Positions 1-7,695 of a stretch of 55,830 bases of DNA are shown here, in pieces; within the stretch, counting starts at the first letter, position 1; every line of letters begins with the position of its first letter. The notes below the pieces were generated by a model. The model worked only from the letters and a program-made list of their open reading frames with translations. It searched no databases and had not been told where the DNA came from. Source of the stretch: a virus. Its lineage: Duplodnaviria; Caudoviricetes. The stretch lies in the IMG/VR virus record IMGVR_UViG_3300033273_000350, positions 1 through 55,830 of that record; one strand, given 5' to 3'. Position numbers and translations under genes: made by a program.

Positions 1-130
1 AACCCGCCTCATATTGTTCACAAGCTTTTTCATAGTTGTTTCTATACCCCCATACTTCGTGTCCGTGTTGTAGTAGACGACGGGACATACCTTCTCCCAT
101 CCGCCCCAGTCCAATCATTCCTACTTTCAT
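1..130 (-). CDS. gnd: 6-phosphogluconate dehydrogenase, N-terminal part (runs off the window)
   Basis: Not in the ORF track. Manual translation from ATG at 130 gives MKVGMIGLGRMGEGMSRRLLQHGHEVWGYRNNYEKACEQYEAG, with the Rossmann GLGRMG motif of 6PGDH. Its ATG overlaps the PTOX stop (ATGA). gnd is a known cyanomyovirus AMG. Confidence 0.88.
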   Translation of the reverse strand, partial: MKVGMIGLGRMGEGMSRRLLQHGHEVWGYRNNYEKACEQYEAG

Positions 131-627
131 TTAATCATCTCCATTGCTTCTTTTAGTTCTTGTGCGTGGTGTATCTCATCGTTCATAATAGCAACAATTT
201 TTTCATCGTCGTGAATTGTTAAGTATTTTGCGTATGTCATAGAAGCGTGCCATTCGACCTCTTCATTCAAGTGATAAGCAGACACAGGAGCAATAGAATA
301 ATAAACCACCATAATCCAATAATAGATGAGAACCAAATGATAAGCGAAAAAGCGATCAATCCAGCGGTCTGCTCCGCCACGCGACTCCATTTCTGTGAGG
401 TGTTCTGTTTCATTGATTGTTTGTGCGAAGTGTTCTTTCATCAAATAGAAGTGTGCTTCTGTTCTTAGACCTAAGCTTTCCTTGAAATGTAAGACGCTCA
501 AAAAAGCAAAATAGGGTGCCCGAGCAATAGTCTCAAGCACCCAAAATCGTTGTATATCCCGACCCCTATAAAGAAAGTCAAGTATTGCCACTGTAAAATT
601 CAGAACAAACGTATTAATAGATTTCAT
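127..627 (-). CDS. ptox: Plastoquinol terminal oxidase (alternative oxidase family diiron protein)
   Basis: Motifs RFWVLETIARAPYF, NETEHL, EEVEWHA and DEIHHA provide the diiron E/ExxH ligands. ATG at 627 (MKSINTF, 166 aa) is preferred over the ORF-track start at 669. Confidence 0.93.
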   Translation of the reverse strand: MKSINTFVLNFTVAILDFLYRGRDIQRFWVLETIARAPYFAFLSVLHFKESLGLRTEAHFYLMKEHFAQTINETEHLTEMESRGGADRWIDRFFAYHLVLIYYWIMVVYYSIAPVSAYHLNEEVEWHASMTYAKYLTIHDDEKIVAIMNDEIHHAQELKEAMEMIK

Positions 628-653
628 ATAAGATGTAAAAACATCTACCATAT

Positions 654-806
654 CTAGTCGCTCACACAATTTTCCTCTTCGTAATATGTCAATTTGGTTA
701 TCAAACGCTCATATTCCTCCCACATGTATTCAGAACCAGTCTGATCCTGATACACTCTACAGGCACGAATAAGTCTAGTGATATCGTCTGAGTTTAGTTT
801 CATCAT
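654..806 (-). CDS. Small hypothetical protein (50 aa, MMKLNSDDITRLIRACRVYQDQTGSEYMWEEYERLITKLTYYEEENCVSD)
   Basis: Manual translation. Fills the gap between the flanking genes in the same orientation; TATAAT lies upstream at 827-832. Confidence 0.7.
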   Translation of the reverse strand: MMKLNSDDITRLIRACRVYQDQTGSEYMWEEYERLITKLTYYEEENCVSD

Positions 807-842
807 GGTAAAAGAACTCACTTGTAATTATACTCAGTTAAC

Positions 843-1280
843 TCAGCAATTCCATGCTCGTAATGATTTGTTAATACGACTATCTTTGTCGTTGGCAGTT
901 TTTTTAGAAGTTAATTTCTTTTTCATTCCTTTCATTCGAGCACAAAAGGATGCCCTACGGGGATTTCCAACCTTCTTGCTTGGTGCTTTAAGGTCAGATC
1001 CAGGATTTTCTCTCTCGTAAGACTTTCTACCTTTCTCGTTAAGTCCACCTTCTTTGTTCTGCCCTGATTTTTTGGTCCAGGCAGCACCTTCTTCTAGCTC
1101 CGTTTCCTCGCGTTTGACGGATCTGATGGGGACAGCGAAACGATCCCAGGCTTTCTCTCCGTAAGAACACTCATCTCTAGTCTCAGGCTTCTGGCAGAGC
1201 TTACAGAAACGCTTTTCCTCCTTCTGCTTTTTCTCCTTGACAGCCTCAGAGAGATGTTTGATTTCTCCGTATGTTCTCAT
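843..1280 (-). CDS. Conserved basic phage protein (DUF6321-like C-terminal domain, N-terminal CxxC)
   Basis: Motif AAWTKKSGQNKEGGLNEKGRKSY...RRASFCARMKGM...RINKSLRAWNC; late-promoter-like ATAAATA at 1306-1312. Confidence 0.7.
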   Translation of the reverse strand: MRTYGEIKHLSEAVKEKKQKEEKRFCKLCQKPETRDECSYGEKAWDRFAVPIRSVKREETELEEGAAWTKKSGQNKEGGLNEKGRKSYERENPGSDLKAPSKKVGNPRRASFCARMKGMKKKLTSKKTANDKDSRINKSLRAWNC

Positions 1281-1308
1281 GATAAACGACGAGGGTTTAC
1301 CAATTTAT

Positions 1309-1719
1309 TTATCGTTTGTTGCCGTTCATTTGCTTCAGCATCTTCTGGAGCTCAGCAGTGCTACCGACAAACATAGCGTTGTTGGTGACCTTGGTTGGAC
1401 CTTTCTTTTCCTCGTCAAGATCCTTCATCTTCTTATGGAGATCCTGTAGTTTCTCAGTCATGTCTGCAACGTGCTTCATCGCCGCTACAGCGACTTCATA
1501 CGCTCTTGGGTGCCCTGACTCCTGGGCGACCTCTAAAGCGCCTCTGACCGCCTCCTGCCCCTGATCTATGAGACTGTATAACTCACCCCTGGTATATTGG
1601 TAATCCTTCTCACGGTCGTCTCTATCGACCTGTGGTGGTTGTGGTTTAGAAGGTTTGCTTTCCTCAACAGGTTCTGCACTGATATTGAGGATCTCCTCCA
1701 TGTTCTCTTCTAAGCTCAT
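1309..1719 (-). CDS. gp16: Terminase small subunit
   Basis: DYQYTRGELY...ALEVAQESGHPRAYEV...TNNAMFVGSTAELQKML is typical of T4-like gp16; lies directly after gp15. ATG start at 1719. Confidence 0.92.
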   Translation of the reverse strand: MSLEENMEEILNISAEPVEESKPSKPQPPQVDRDDREKDYQYTRGELYSLIDQGQEAVRGALEVAQESGHPRAYEVAVAAMKHVADMTEKLQDLHKKMKDLDEEKKGPTKVTNNAMFVGSTAELQKMLKQMNGNKR

Positions 1720-1724
1720 AGTAA

Positions 1725-2522
1725 TCAATAGAATGTAATACCTTCATTAAATCCAAAATCATCACCAGCTTCAACCAGCGCATCATCATTTACATCAATG
1801 ACACCATCTGTGTTAATATCTGTTTTTGCTTTGGGTGTATATGTTCTTGTGACGGTTCTTCTGCTGACAGATGCATCACCCATTGTTTCATGAATGATTG
1901 CTTTTCTAATAACGTCAGATGTGTTATAAGGACCATAGAGGTAAGACTTCATAGTGAAGTTCAATGTATATGCAATGTATCTACGTTGCATAAAAGTATC
2001 ATCCCACTCATCCTCTCCACTAATGCCATTTAGAACAATAGCAACATCACGTTTCTCATTCATGTCAGGAATCATGTTAAGAGTGATGCTAAAAGATGGT
2101 TGGAAGTAGGGCAAGATCTGCTCCACAATCTGTAGTGCATCATCCTGAGACTTTGCAATAACACCCAGTTCAAAATTTATATTATAAGGAACAGGAACAT
2201 ATTGAACTCTGACCTCATCGCCATTACCATCAATGACTGTTTTGTATTTTTGAATTGGTGATGTCTTACGGGTAGAATCGTAATCAATGCCTGTCATCTC
2301 GAAATAGAGACGTGGTAAAGTGATCGATACTTTAGATGTAGATTGATCAGTTAAACGAACTAAAAACTTTTGCTTAGGTCCGTAAGCAAGGGGAACCTTT
2401 TGTGCTTCTAACACTTCTCCTGTATCAGGATCAGTGCTCTTCATTTCAATATTATTGAAGAGCGTACCAAACGCAATAATGTTCTTACGAACAATTTGAT
2501 TATAAAAATGTGATCCTAACAT
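1725..2522 (-). CDS. gp15: Tail sheath stabilizer/completion protein
   Basis: HFYNQIVRKNIIAFGTLFNNI, KVPLAYGPKQKFL, PVPYNINFEL and QIVEQILPYFQP are T4 gp15-family motifs; gp13-14-15-16 synteny. Confidence 0.93.
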   Translation of the reverse strand: MLGSHFYNQIVRKNIIAFGTLFNNIEMKSTDPDTGEVLEAQKVPLAYGPKQKFLVRLTDQSTSKVSITLPRLYFEMTGIDYDSTRKTSPIQKYKTVIDGNGDEVRVQYVPVPYNINFELGVIAKSQDDALQIVEQILPYFQPSFSITLNMIPDMNEKRDVAIVLNGISGEDEWDDTFMQRRYIAYTLNFTMKSYLYGPYNTSDVIRKAIIHETMGDASVSRRTVTRTYTPKAKTDINTDGVIDVNDDALVEAGDDFGFNEGITFY

Positions 2523-3649
2523 TAGATACTACCTGTAAAATTGCCATACTCACCGAATGGGTTGCCCTCAGTCCAGTCAATAATATCATCAGCACTATCT
2601 TCAATCTCCCTGTTCTGGGCATAATATGTTGTGCTCGTATTATTTAGAGTGTCATATGACTCAGGACTCCACTTGGCACCTGAAGTTTGACCAGTAATTA
2701 CTTCAGCGGTAGTGAAGGTTCCTGTTCTATTGATGACTTGGAGAGATCTAGTTGCTGCATCCCAGGACTTGACTTCTGCTCTGTTATCTTTAGGTGAGTA
2801 GTCAATAGTAACAGTAGGAGCAGTTGTATACCCACTGCCCCCGCTAGTAATAAGGATACCAGTAACAAGACCAGTCGAGCTAACCGATGCAGTGGCTGTT
2901 GCTCCATTTCCTCCGCCTCCTGAAATAGTTACCGTTGGTGGTAATGAAGCATTGTAATGCAATCCACTATCAGTAATTGTGATGCTATCTACAGCATCTC
3001 CACTAATTGTTGCTGTTGCTTTAGCAAGGAACTCGTCACCAACAACTTCTTCACCAACAATAAATGTTCCTGTGCCACCAGGATCCATAACAAGTTTGAT
3101 AGCAGCGCCAAACTCTAGTTCGACATCATCAATCTCATCAACACCAGTCTCAAAACTATCACTACCGAGTTCGTAGAGTTCACATGTTAATGTGTAGAAT
3201 TGAATTTTACCAAACTGGAAAAATGGTGATTCTTTCTCTACAAATTTAATTTCGTAAATGTCTTTTGTTAGAGGAAAGTAAAGCAAATCTCCCTCATTAG
3301 GTCTGCCATCATATGTAAGAGTTGGTTGTTCTGCTGCTACAACTTCATCCCATCGTCTAGTAGAGACACGGAATACAACTTCATCTGTGATACGTAGACC
3401 AAACTTGCTGACAAACTCTGCACCTTCAGCAAATCCAGTTACGTTCTGTAGGAGCATTTCAATCTGGAACTGCTCCTGATACTTGGAGTATCTTACCTCT
3501 TCAAGTGTATTATCTTGTAGAAGAGTTCTTGGCAGATAATAGATATCCGATCCGAACAACTTTACTTGTTCGTCCACAAGATCCTGGTAGAGTGTTTGCT
3601 CTCCAGAATCACCTTGATAGTATGTTGGAAAATAAGGACTAGTTGGCAT
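2522..3649 (-). CDS. gp14: Neck (head completion) protein, with an inserted beta-rich repeat module
   Basis: EQTLYQDLVDEQVKLFGSDIYYLPR, SKFGL, RPNEGDLLYFP, FFQFGK and C-terminal EGNPFG; synteny. Confidence 0.92.
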   Translation of the reverse strand: MPTSPYFPTYYQGDSGEQTLYQDLVDEQVKLFGSDIYYLPRTLLQDNTLEEVRYSKYQEQFQIEMLLQNVTGFAEGAEFVSKFGLRITDEVVFRVSTRRWDEVVAAEQPTLTYDGRPNEGDLLYFPLTKDIYEIKFVEKESPFFQFGKIQFYTLTCELYELGSDSFETGVDEIDDVELEFGAAIKLVMDPGGTGTFIVGEEVVGDEFLAKATATISGDAVDSITITDSGLHYNASLPPTVTISGGGGNGATATASVSSTGLVTGILITSGGSGYTTAPTVTIDYSPKDNRAEVKSWDAATRSLQVINRTGTFTTAEVITGQTSGAKWSPESYDTLNNTSTTYYAQNREIEDSADDIIDWTEGNPFGEYGNFTGSI

Positions 3650-3650
3650 C

Positions 3651-4451
3651 TTATCCGATCATATCCATTGGTGGAATAGCATACTTACTGAGAACTTCGG
3701 ATTCTATTTTCTCAATTTCTGCTAGTGCGTCTGTATATAACTCTCTTCCGTTGAGGGTGATACCACCAGGCAACTGAACATTGTTATACTTAATCAGGTT
3801 CTGACCCCACTGCTTCTTCATGAGAGCAGTAGCATACTTCTTGACAAACATATCATTGTACATCTCCGTGGCATCTGTGGGATCAACGAGACGGTGACAC
3901 TCAATCAGGATATTAGATCCTTCTTTGAGGAAGTCTTTGTCTAGATCCATGTAGAGACGATCACGACGCATTGTGTATCTGAACTGCTGGAATGATCCGT
4001 TGTTGAGGACCATATCTAGAGTTTCTAGATACTGCTTGTTCATATAGTAGTTGAGAATATCAAGTGATCCAAACGCATACAGATCGTTTAAGAACAACTG
4101 ATACTCAACGCCAAAGAGGTTGGAACGGATTGAATTGCTGACTAAACCAAATACTCTAGTAATACCAACTACATGATCTGGAACTGGAATGTAATTAGTG
4201 GTTTCTTTCCAGTCGGTTGTACCACTAGATGTTGTTACACTAGCAGCAAACCTTGTCTTATCGTCAGCAGTGATTTCGTGGAATAGATATGCACGCTCCA
4301 TACCATTGTAACAGTTCTCTTGGAAGAACTGGATGGTATCATCAATAACGTTGTTTACCTGCTCGTCGTCAATATTGACCTGAAGGACAGGCTCACCCAA
4401 CTGTCTCTTACAATATGTTATAAGATCAGCTCTTGAGTTTGGAGATGCCAT
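3651..4451 (-). CDS. gp13: Neck protein
   Basis: LITYCKRQLGEPVLQVNIDDEQ, KKQWGQNLIKYNNVQLPGGITLNG and C-terminal PPMDMIG; ATG at 4451. Confidence 0.93.
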   Translation of the reverse strand: MASPNSRADLITYCKRQLGEPVLQVNIDDEQVNNVIDDTIQFFQENCYNGMERAYLFHEITADDKTRFAASVTTSSGTTDWKETTNYIPVPDHVVGITRVFGLVSNSIRSNLFGVEYQLFLNDLYAFGSLDILNYYMNKQYLETLDMVLNNGSFQQFRYTMRRDRLYMDLDKDFLKEGSNILIECHRLVDPTDATEMYNDMFVKKYATALMKKQWGQNLIKYNNVQLPGGITLNGRELYTDALAEIEKIESEVLSKYAIPPMDMIG

Positions 4452-4455
4452 TACA

Positions 4456-4496
4456 CACAAAAAATCCCTTCTATCCTATTTAGGAAGAAGGGATTT
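4456..4496 (-). terminator. Intrinsic terminator hairpin with a late-promoter-like CTAAATA across its loop
   Basis: Minus strand reads AAATCCCTTCT-TCCTA-AA-TAGGA-T-AGAAGGGATTT followed by a T-run. Confidence 0.7.
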
Positions 4497-4501
4497 AGTA
4501 T

Positions 4502-4696
4502 TTATTCAGCAGGTGCTTCTTCTACTGGAGCATCTGCTTCTGGTTCACTTTCAAGGAGTCCTAGAGTTTCAAGACCGCCTTGTAGTTTGATCTTGTACTC
4601 TTTTGCCTTAATAAGGTTTTCTTCTAGTTCAGCAATTTGCTTTTCTGTGTTTGCAATTTGCTCTTCAAAGTTTTTCTTTAGTGCTGAGGGGTCCAT
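4502..4696 (-). CDS. Small coiled-coil hypothetical protein
   Basis: MDPSALKKNFEEQIANTEKQIAELEENL...KLQGGLETL shows a heptad pattern; ATAAATA upstream at 4724-4730. Confidence 0.75.
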   Translation of the reverse strand: MDPSALKKNFEEQIANTEKQIAELEENLIKAKEYKIKLQGGLETLGLLESEPEADAPVEEAPAE

Positions 4697-4735
4697 AGTT
4701 ATCACAATGAATAGTGTGTGTATTATTTATTATAC

Positions 4736-5023
4736 TCAAACTTCGCAGTCTGAGCAAGGGTTTCTTTCTTTATACATTTCAATTTGTCTGACTTCATTAT
4801 AAAAATGAATATCTGTTTTATCTGGGTCGTAGTCTAGTGGGAATCGATATCTACATCCAGGACATTCATACTCCAATAAATTTTCTTTGTCCCAATCCCA
4901 CACTTCTATCAAATAATAATAAAAATATGGAGGACTGTGATTGTGTCTACTTTCTAAAGGTATTGGATTTCCAATCCATTTCTCACCACATTCTGGGCAA
5001 TGTGTGTAATGTTTCGTATTCAT
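4736..5023 (-). CDS. Hypothetical Zn-ribbon protein
   Basis: Three CxxC pairs: CPEC, CPGC and CSDC. Confidence 0.6.
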   Translation of the reverse strand: MNTKHYTHCPECGEKWIGNPIPLESRHNHSPPYFYYYLIEVWDWDKENLLEYECPGCRYRFPLDYDPDKTDIHFYNEVRQIEMYKERNPCSDCEV

Positions 5024-5029
5024 AAAAAA

Positions 5030-5284
5030 TTAATTTCTACTTTGAGTATCTGCGCTGTCTACTTTGTACTGATTGATTAATTCTTGCGTCCAGATTGCTC
5101 TAGCAATACCTCGTACCTTTTCGTCAGCTTCTTCAATAGACTCTCCAGGATTATAAGTCCTGACGACTTCTCTGTCACTGATTACTTCCTCACCTTTATA
5201 AATGGTTTCTTTTTTAGTAACTCTAATCTGACCAGCTGGGTAAGTCTCTACTTTAGTTACTTCAACCTCTTCTCTTAAAGACAT
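5030..5284 (-). CDS. Small protein of the type found downstream of phage tail fibres (possible fibre-associated or assembly factor)
   Basis: MSLREEVEVTKVE...GQIRVT...YKGEEVIS...NPGESIEEADEKVRGIARAIWT; own late-like ATAAATA at 5316-5322. Function is inferred from position. Confidence 0.6.
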   Translation of the reverse strand: MSLREEVEVTKVETYPAGQIRVTKKETIYKGEEVISDREVVRTYNPGESIEEADEKVRGIARAIWTQELINQYKVDSADTQSRN

Positions 5285-5321
5285 TTGTTGTAATCTCAAA
5301 TAACTAGTTGTGTACTATTTA

Positions 5322-5350
5322 TTGACTTTTGAAACTCAATCAAGTATGAT
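5322..5350 (+). promoter_or_regulatory. Sigma70-type promoter of the enzyme cassette
   Basis: TTGACT (5322-5327), 17-nt spacer, TATGAT (5345-5350), 12 nt before the ATG at 5363. Confidence 0.8.
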
Positions 5351-5362
5351 AAAAATAAAAAA

Positions 5363-5944
5363 ATGTCTGTAGTCGTGAATGGTTGGTTTCCAACGTCTAT
5401 CTACGTTGCTGAATCCATCGTATCTAGTAAGTATAATGATAGTCTTAAACAAAGATCCTTGATGATAGAAGAGGTATCAAAAAATGGAGCTTATAACTGG
5501 AACTGCAACACATACAATACTCTTGGAACTTTTGACTTAAAAACAGATCCTCTTTTTTCTGATCTACTAAAAGAGGTAGAATTTCATGTAAAAAAATTTA
5601 CAGAGATGCATGGGTCTGATTATGAATATCATTGTAAAGATAGTTGGTTGAATGTCAATCATAAAAATTCTTACCAAGAATACCATTGTCATTCCAATTC
5701 AACTTTTAGTGCTGTGTACTATATTTCTACACCACCTGGGTCTGGAAAAATACATTTTGAAAATCCATGCGAACCAGACATGTTACCAATACAAGGAATT
5801 AAAAACCCAACTGAACTTAGTTTCAGAACATGCCACTACGAACCAGAAGAGGGGACATTGTTAATTTTTAGATCATACATGAGACACATGGTAGAGTTAT
5901 GCAAAAACGAATTACCAAGAATAACAGTGGCATTTAATTTTTAA
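5363..5944 (+). CDS. 2OG-Fe(II) oxygenase (TIGR02466-like)
   Basis: N-terminal WFPTSIY, WLNVN, HCH (HxH), SAVYY, LLIFRSYMRHMV, RITVAFN. Confidence 0.85.
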   Translation: MSVVVNGWFPTSIYVAESIVSSKYNDSLKQRSLMIEEVSKNGAYNWNCNTYNTLGTFDLKTDPLFSDLLKEVEFHVKKFTEMHGSDYEYHCKDSWLNVNHKNSYQEYHCHSNSTFSAVYYISTPPGSGKIHFENPCEPDMLPIQGIKNPTELSFRTCHYEPEEGTLLIFRSYMRHMVELCKNELPRITVAFNF

Positions 5945-5945
5945 A

Positions 5946-6527
5946 ATGAAAGAAAATTTTATAGTAGTAAAAAATTTTTTAGATCTATCTTTTGCTCAAT
6001 CTTTGCATGAGTATCTAAAGTTTTCCACTCAGGTTTCGATCTTGAGAGGAGAAGATATCTACACCAGTAAAAATGTTCCTGGGTGTGTTTGTCAAAAAGC
6101 AAACGACTTGATGCTGGATGCGGTGCTAAAAACATCAAAGAAAAAAATTGAAGACATAACTGGATTAAATTTAGTTCCAACATATTCTATGGCTAGAATA
6201 TACACTAACGGAAATGAGCTCAGGAAACATATAGACAGACCGTCTTGTGAGATTAGTGTAACTGTAAAACTATCAGATACAAAAAATTACAACTATCCAA
6301 TATACATGGATGGTCATGAAGTCTTTTTAGAAGATGGTGATGCGGTTGTGTATAAAGGGACTGAGGTTGAACATTGGAGAAACAAGTGTGAGTTTCCCGA
6401 GAAGTATTTTCTTGGACAGTTGTTTTTGCATTATGTTCAATTAGATGGGTTGCATAGCGATTGTGCTTATGATAGAATAGAAGATAGGAAAAAGGTATTT
6501 GAAGATTTGGTATGGCAGAAACTATGA
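5946..6527 (+). CDS. 2OG-Fe(II) oxygenase-like protein
   Basis: LVPTYSMARIY, HID (HxD) followed by RPSCEISVT, GDAVVYKG, EHWR, LFLHYV. Confidence 0.82.
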   Translation: MKENFIVVKNFLDLSFAQSLHEYLKFSTQVSILRGEDIYTSKNVPGCVCQKANDLMLDAVLKTSKKKIEDITGLNLVPTYSMARIYTNGNELRKHIDRPSCEISVTVKLSDTKNYNYPIYMDGHEVFLEDGDAVVYKGTEVEHWRNKCEFPEKYFLGQLFLHYVQLDGLHSDCAYDRIEDRKKVFEDLVWQKL

Positions 6528-7141
6528 TCATCAGTCAACAACCCTACTACGACTACAAAGATGCTCAGACTGATATTAAAAGTATCATTCATGCTATTAA
6601 TCTTTTGTATAGAGGTTCGGAAGTTCACCCAAATGGATTAGTTGGTGCTGAGATTGGAGTTTTCAGAGCAGACAGTTTTATGACTATTCTGCACAATTGT
6701 CCAAACGTAACAAAATTGCATGGTGTAGATGCATACAAACCCTACGCAGATTTTTTGAAAGACGAACCATCAGATGGACAACCAGCATATGTTGTTGATG
6801 AAAAGCAAATTGAATATGTAAAACTTACTTCATACCATCACCAAAAATATTCTGGATGTCAAGAAAAAATTGTATTCCATGAAATGGATAGTAATGATGC
6901 GGCAAAAGAAATTGAAGATGAAAGTTTAGATTTTATTTTTTTGGATGCTTGTATGACTGGAGAACAAGCATACAATGATATTGAAGTTTGGTATCCAAAA
7001 GTAAAATCAAATGGATTGTTTGCTGGTCATGATTGGAATTCCTTAGATGTTCAATCTGCTGTAGTAAAATTTATAGGGAGAAATCCTAGTATTTCGGATT
7101 GGAGTAGATATGATAATACTTGGGCATGGATTAAACCATGA
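6524..7141 (+). CDS. Class I SAM-dependent methyltransferase (Methyltransf_24-like)
   Basis: GAEIGVFRADS (motif I), LHGVDAY, LDFIFLDA, WYPKVKSNGLFAGHDW. The ATG at 6524 overlaps the previous stop (ATGA); the ORF track starts it at 6512. Confidence 0.85.
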   Translation: MIISQQPYYDYKDAQTDIKSIIHAINLLYRGSEVHPNGLVGAEIGVFRADSFMTILHNCPNVTKLHGVDAYKPYADFLKDEPSDGQPAYVVDEKQIEYVKLTSYHHQKYSGCQEKIVFHEMDSNDAAKEIEDESLDFIFLDACMTGEQAYNDIEVWYPKVKSNGLFAGHDWNSLDVQSAVVKFIGRNPSISDWSRYDNTWAWIKP

Positions 7142-7695
7142 TAGAAAATTTATATCCAACGCCAATCTATTCTGCTATCGTTGATAATTTTAACGATATC
7201 CAAAAAGAAATGTACTCTACTATTTCTAAATTGACTTTTGAAATGGTAGAGGAATGGGGACAAACACATTTTGTATCTTCATCTACATTCAATGATTCTT
7301 ATAAAATGAGGATCTTTGAAGATGAACTACATAAACATGTAGTAAATTATTGTTCAGAATTAGAATTCCCTGTAAGAGATTACAAACTCAAGTCTTGGTT
7401 TACAAAATTTGAAAAGGGAAACTACGGACACATTCATAGTCATGGTCATCATGACATATCAGTCTGCTATTATGTAAAGACTAAAGGGAGTTCTGGAAGT
7501 ATTTTCTTTGAAACTCCAGTTGAATCTGCTACAACTTCTTTTGTGTATAATAAAAAATATGCTAACAGGTATTGGCACCCACCAGTAGAAGGAAAACTCT
7601 TATTATTTCCTGCGTGGTTGAGACATGGAATTACTACAAACACAACTGATACTGAAAGAATCAGTTTTTCTGCAAATATAGAGTTTAAAAGATGA
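7138..7695 (+). CDS. 2OG-Fe(II) oxygenase (TIGR02466-like)
   Basis: LYPTPIY, SWF, HSH, SVCYY, LLLFPAWLRHG, RISFSAN; ATGA coupling to the previous gene. Confidence 0.85.
   Translation: MIENLYPTPIYSAIVDNFNDIQKEMYSTISKLTFEMVEEWGQTHFVSSSTFNDSYKMRIFEDELHKHVVNYCSELEFPVRDYKLKSWFTKFEKGNYGHIHSHGHHDISVCYYVKTKGSSGSIFFETPVESATTSFVYNKKYANRYWHPPVEGKLLLFPAWLRHGITTNTTDTERISFSANIEFKR

Noticed and set aside
628-669. N-terminal extension of PTOX (MCERLD...)
   Set aside because: Non-ATG start overlapping the upstream 50-aa ORF; the ATG at 627 gives a typical-length protein.
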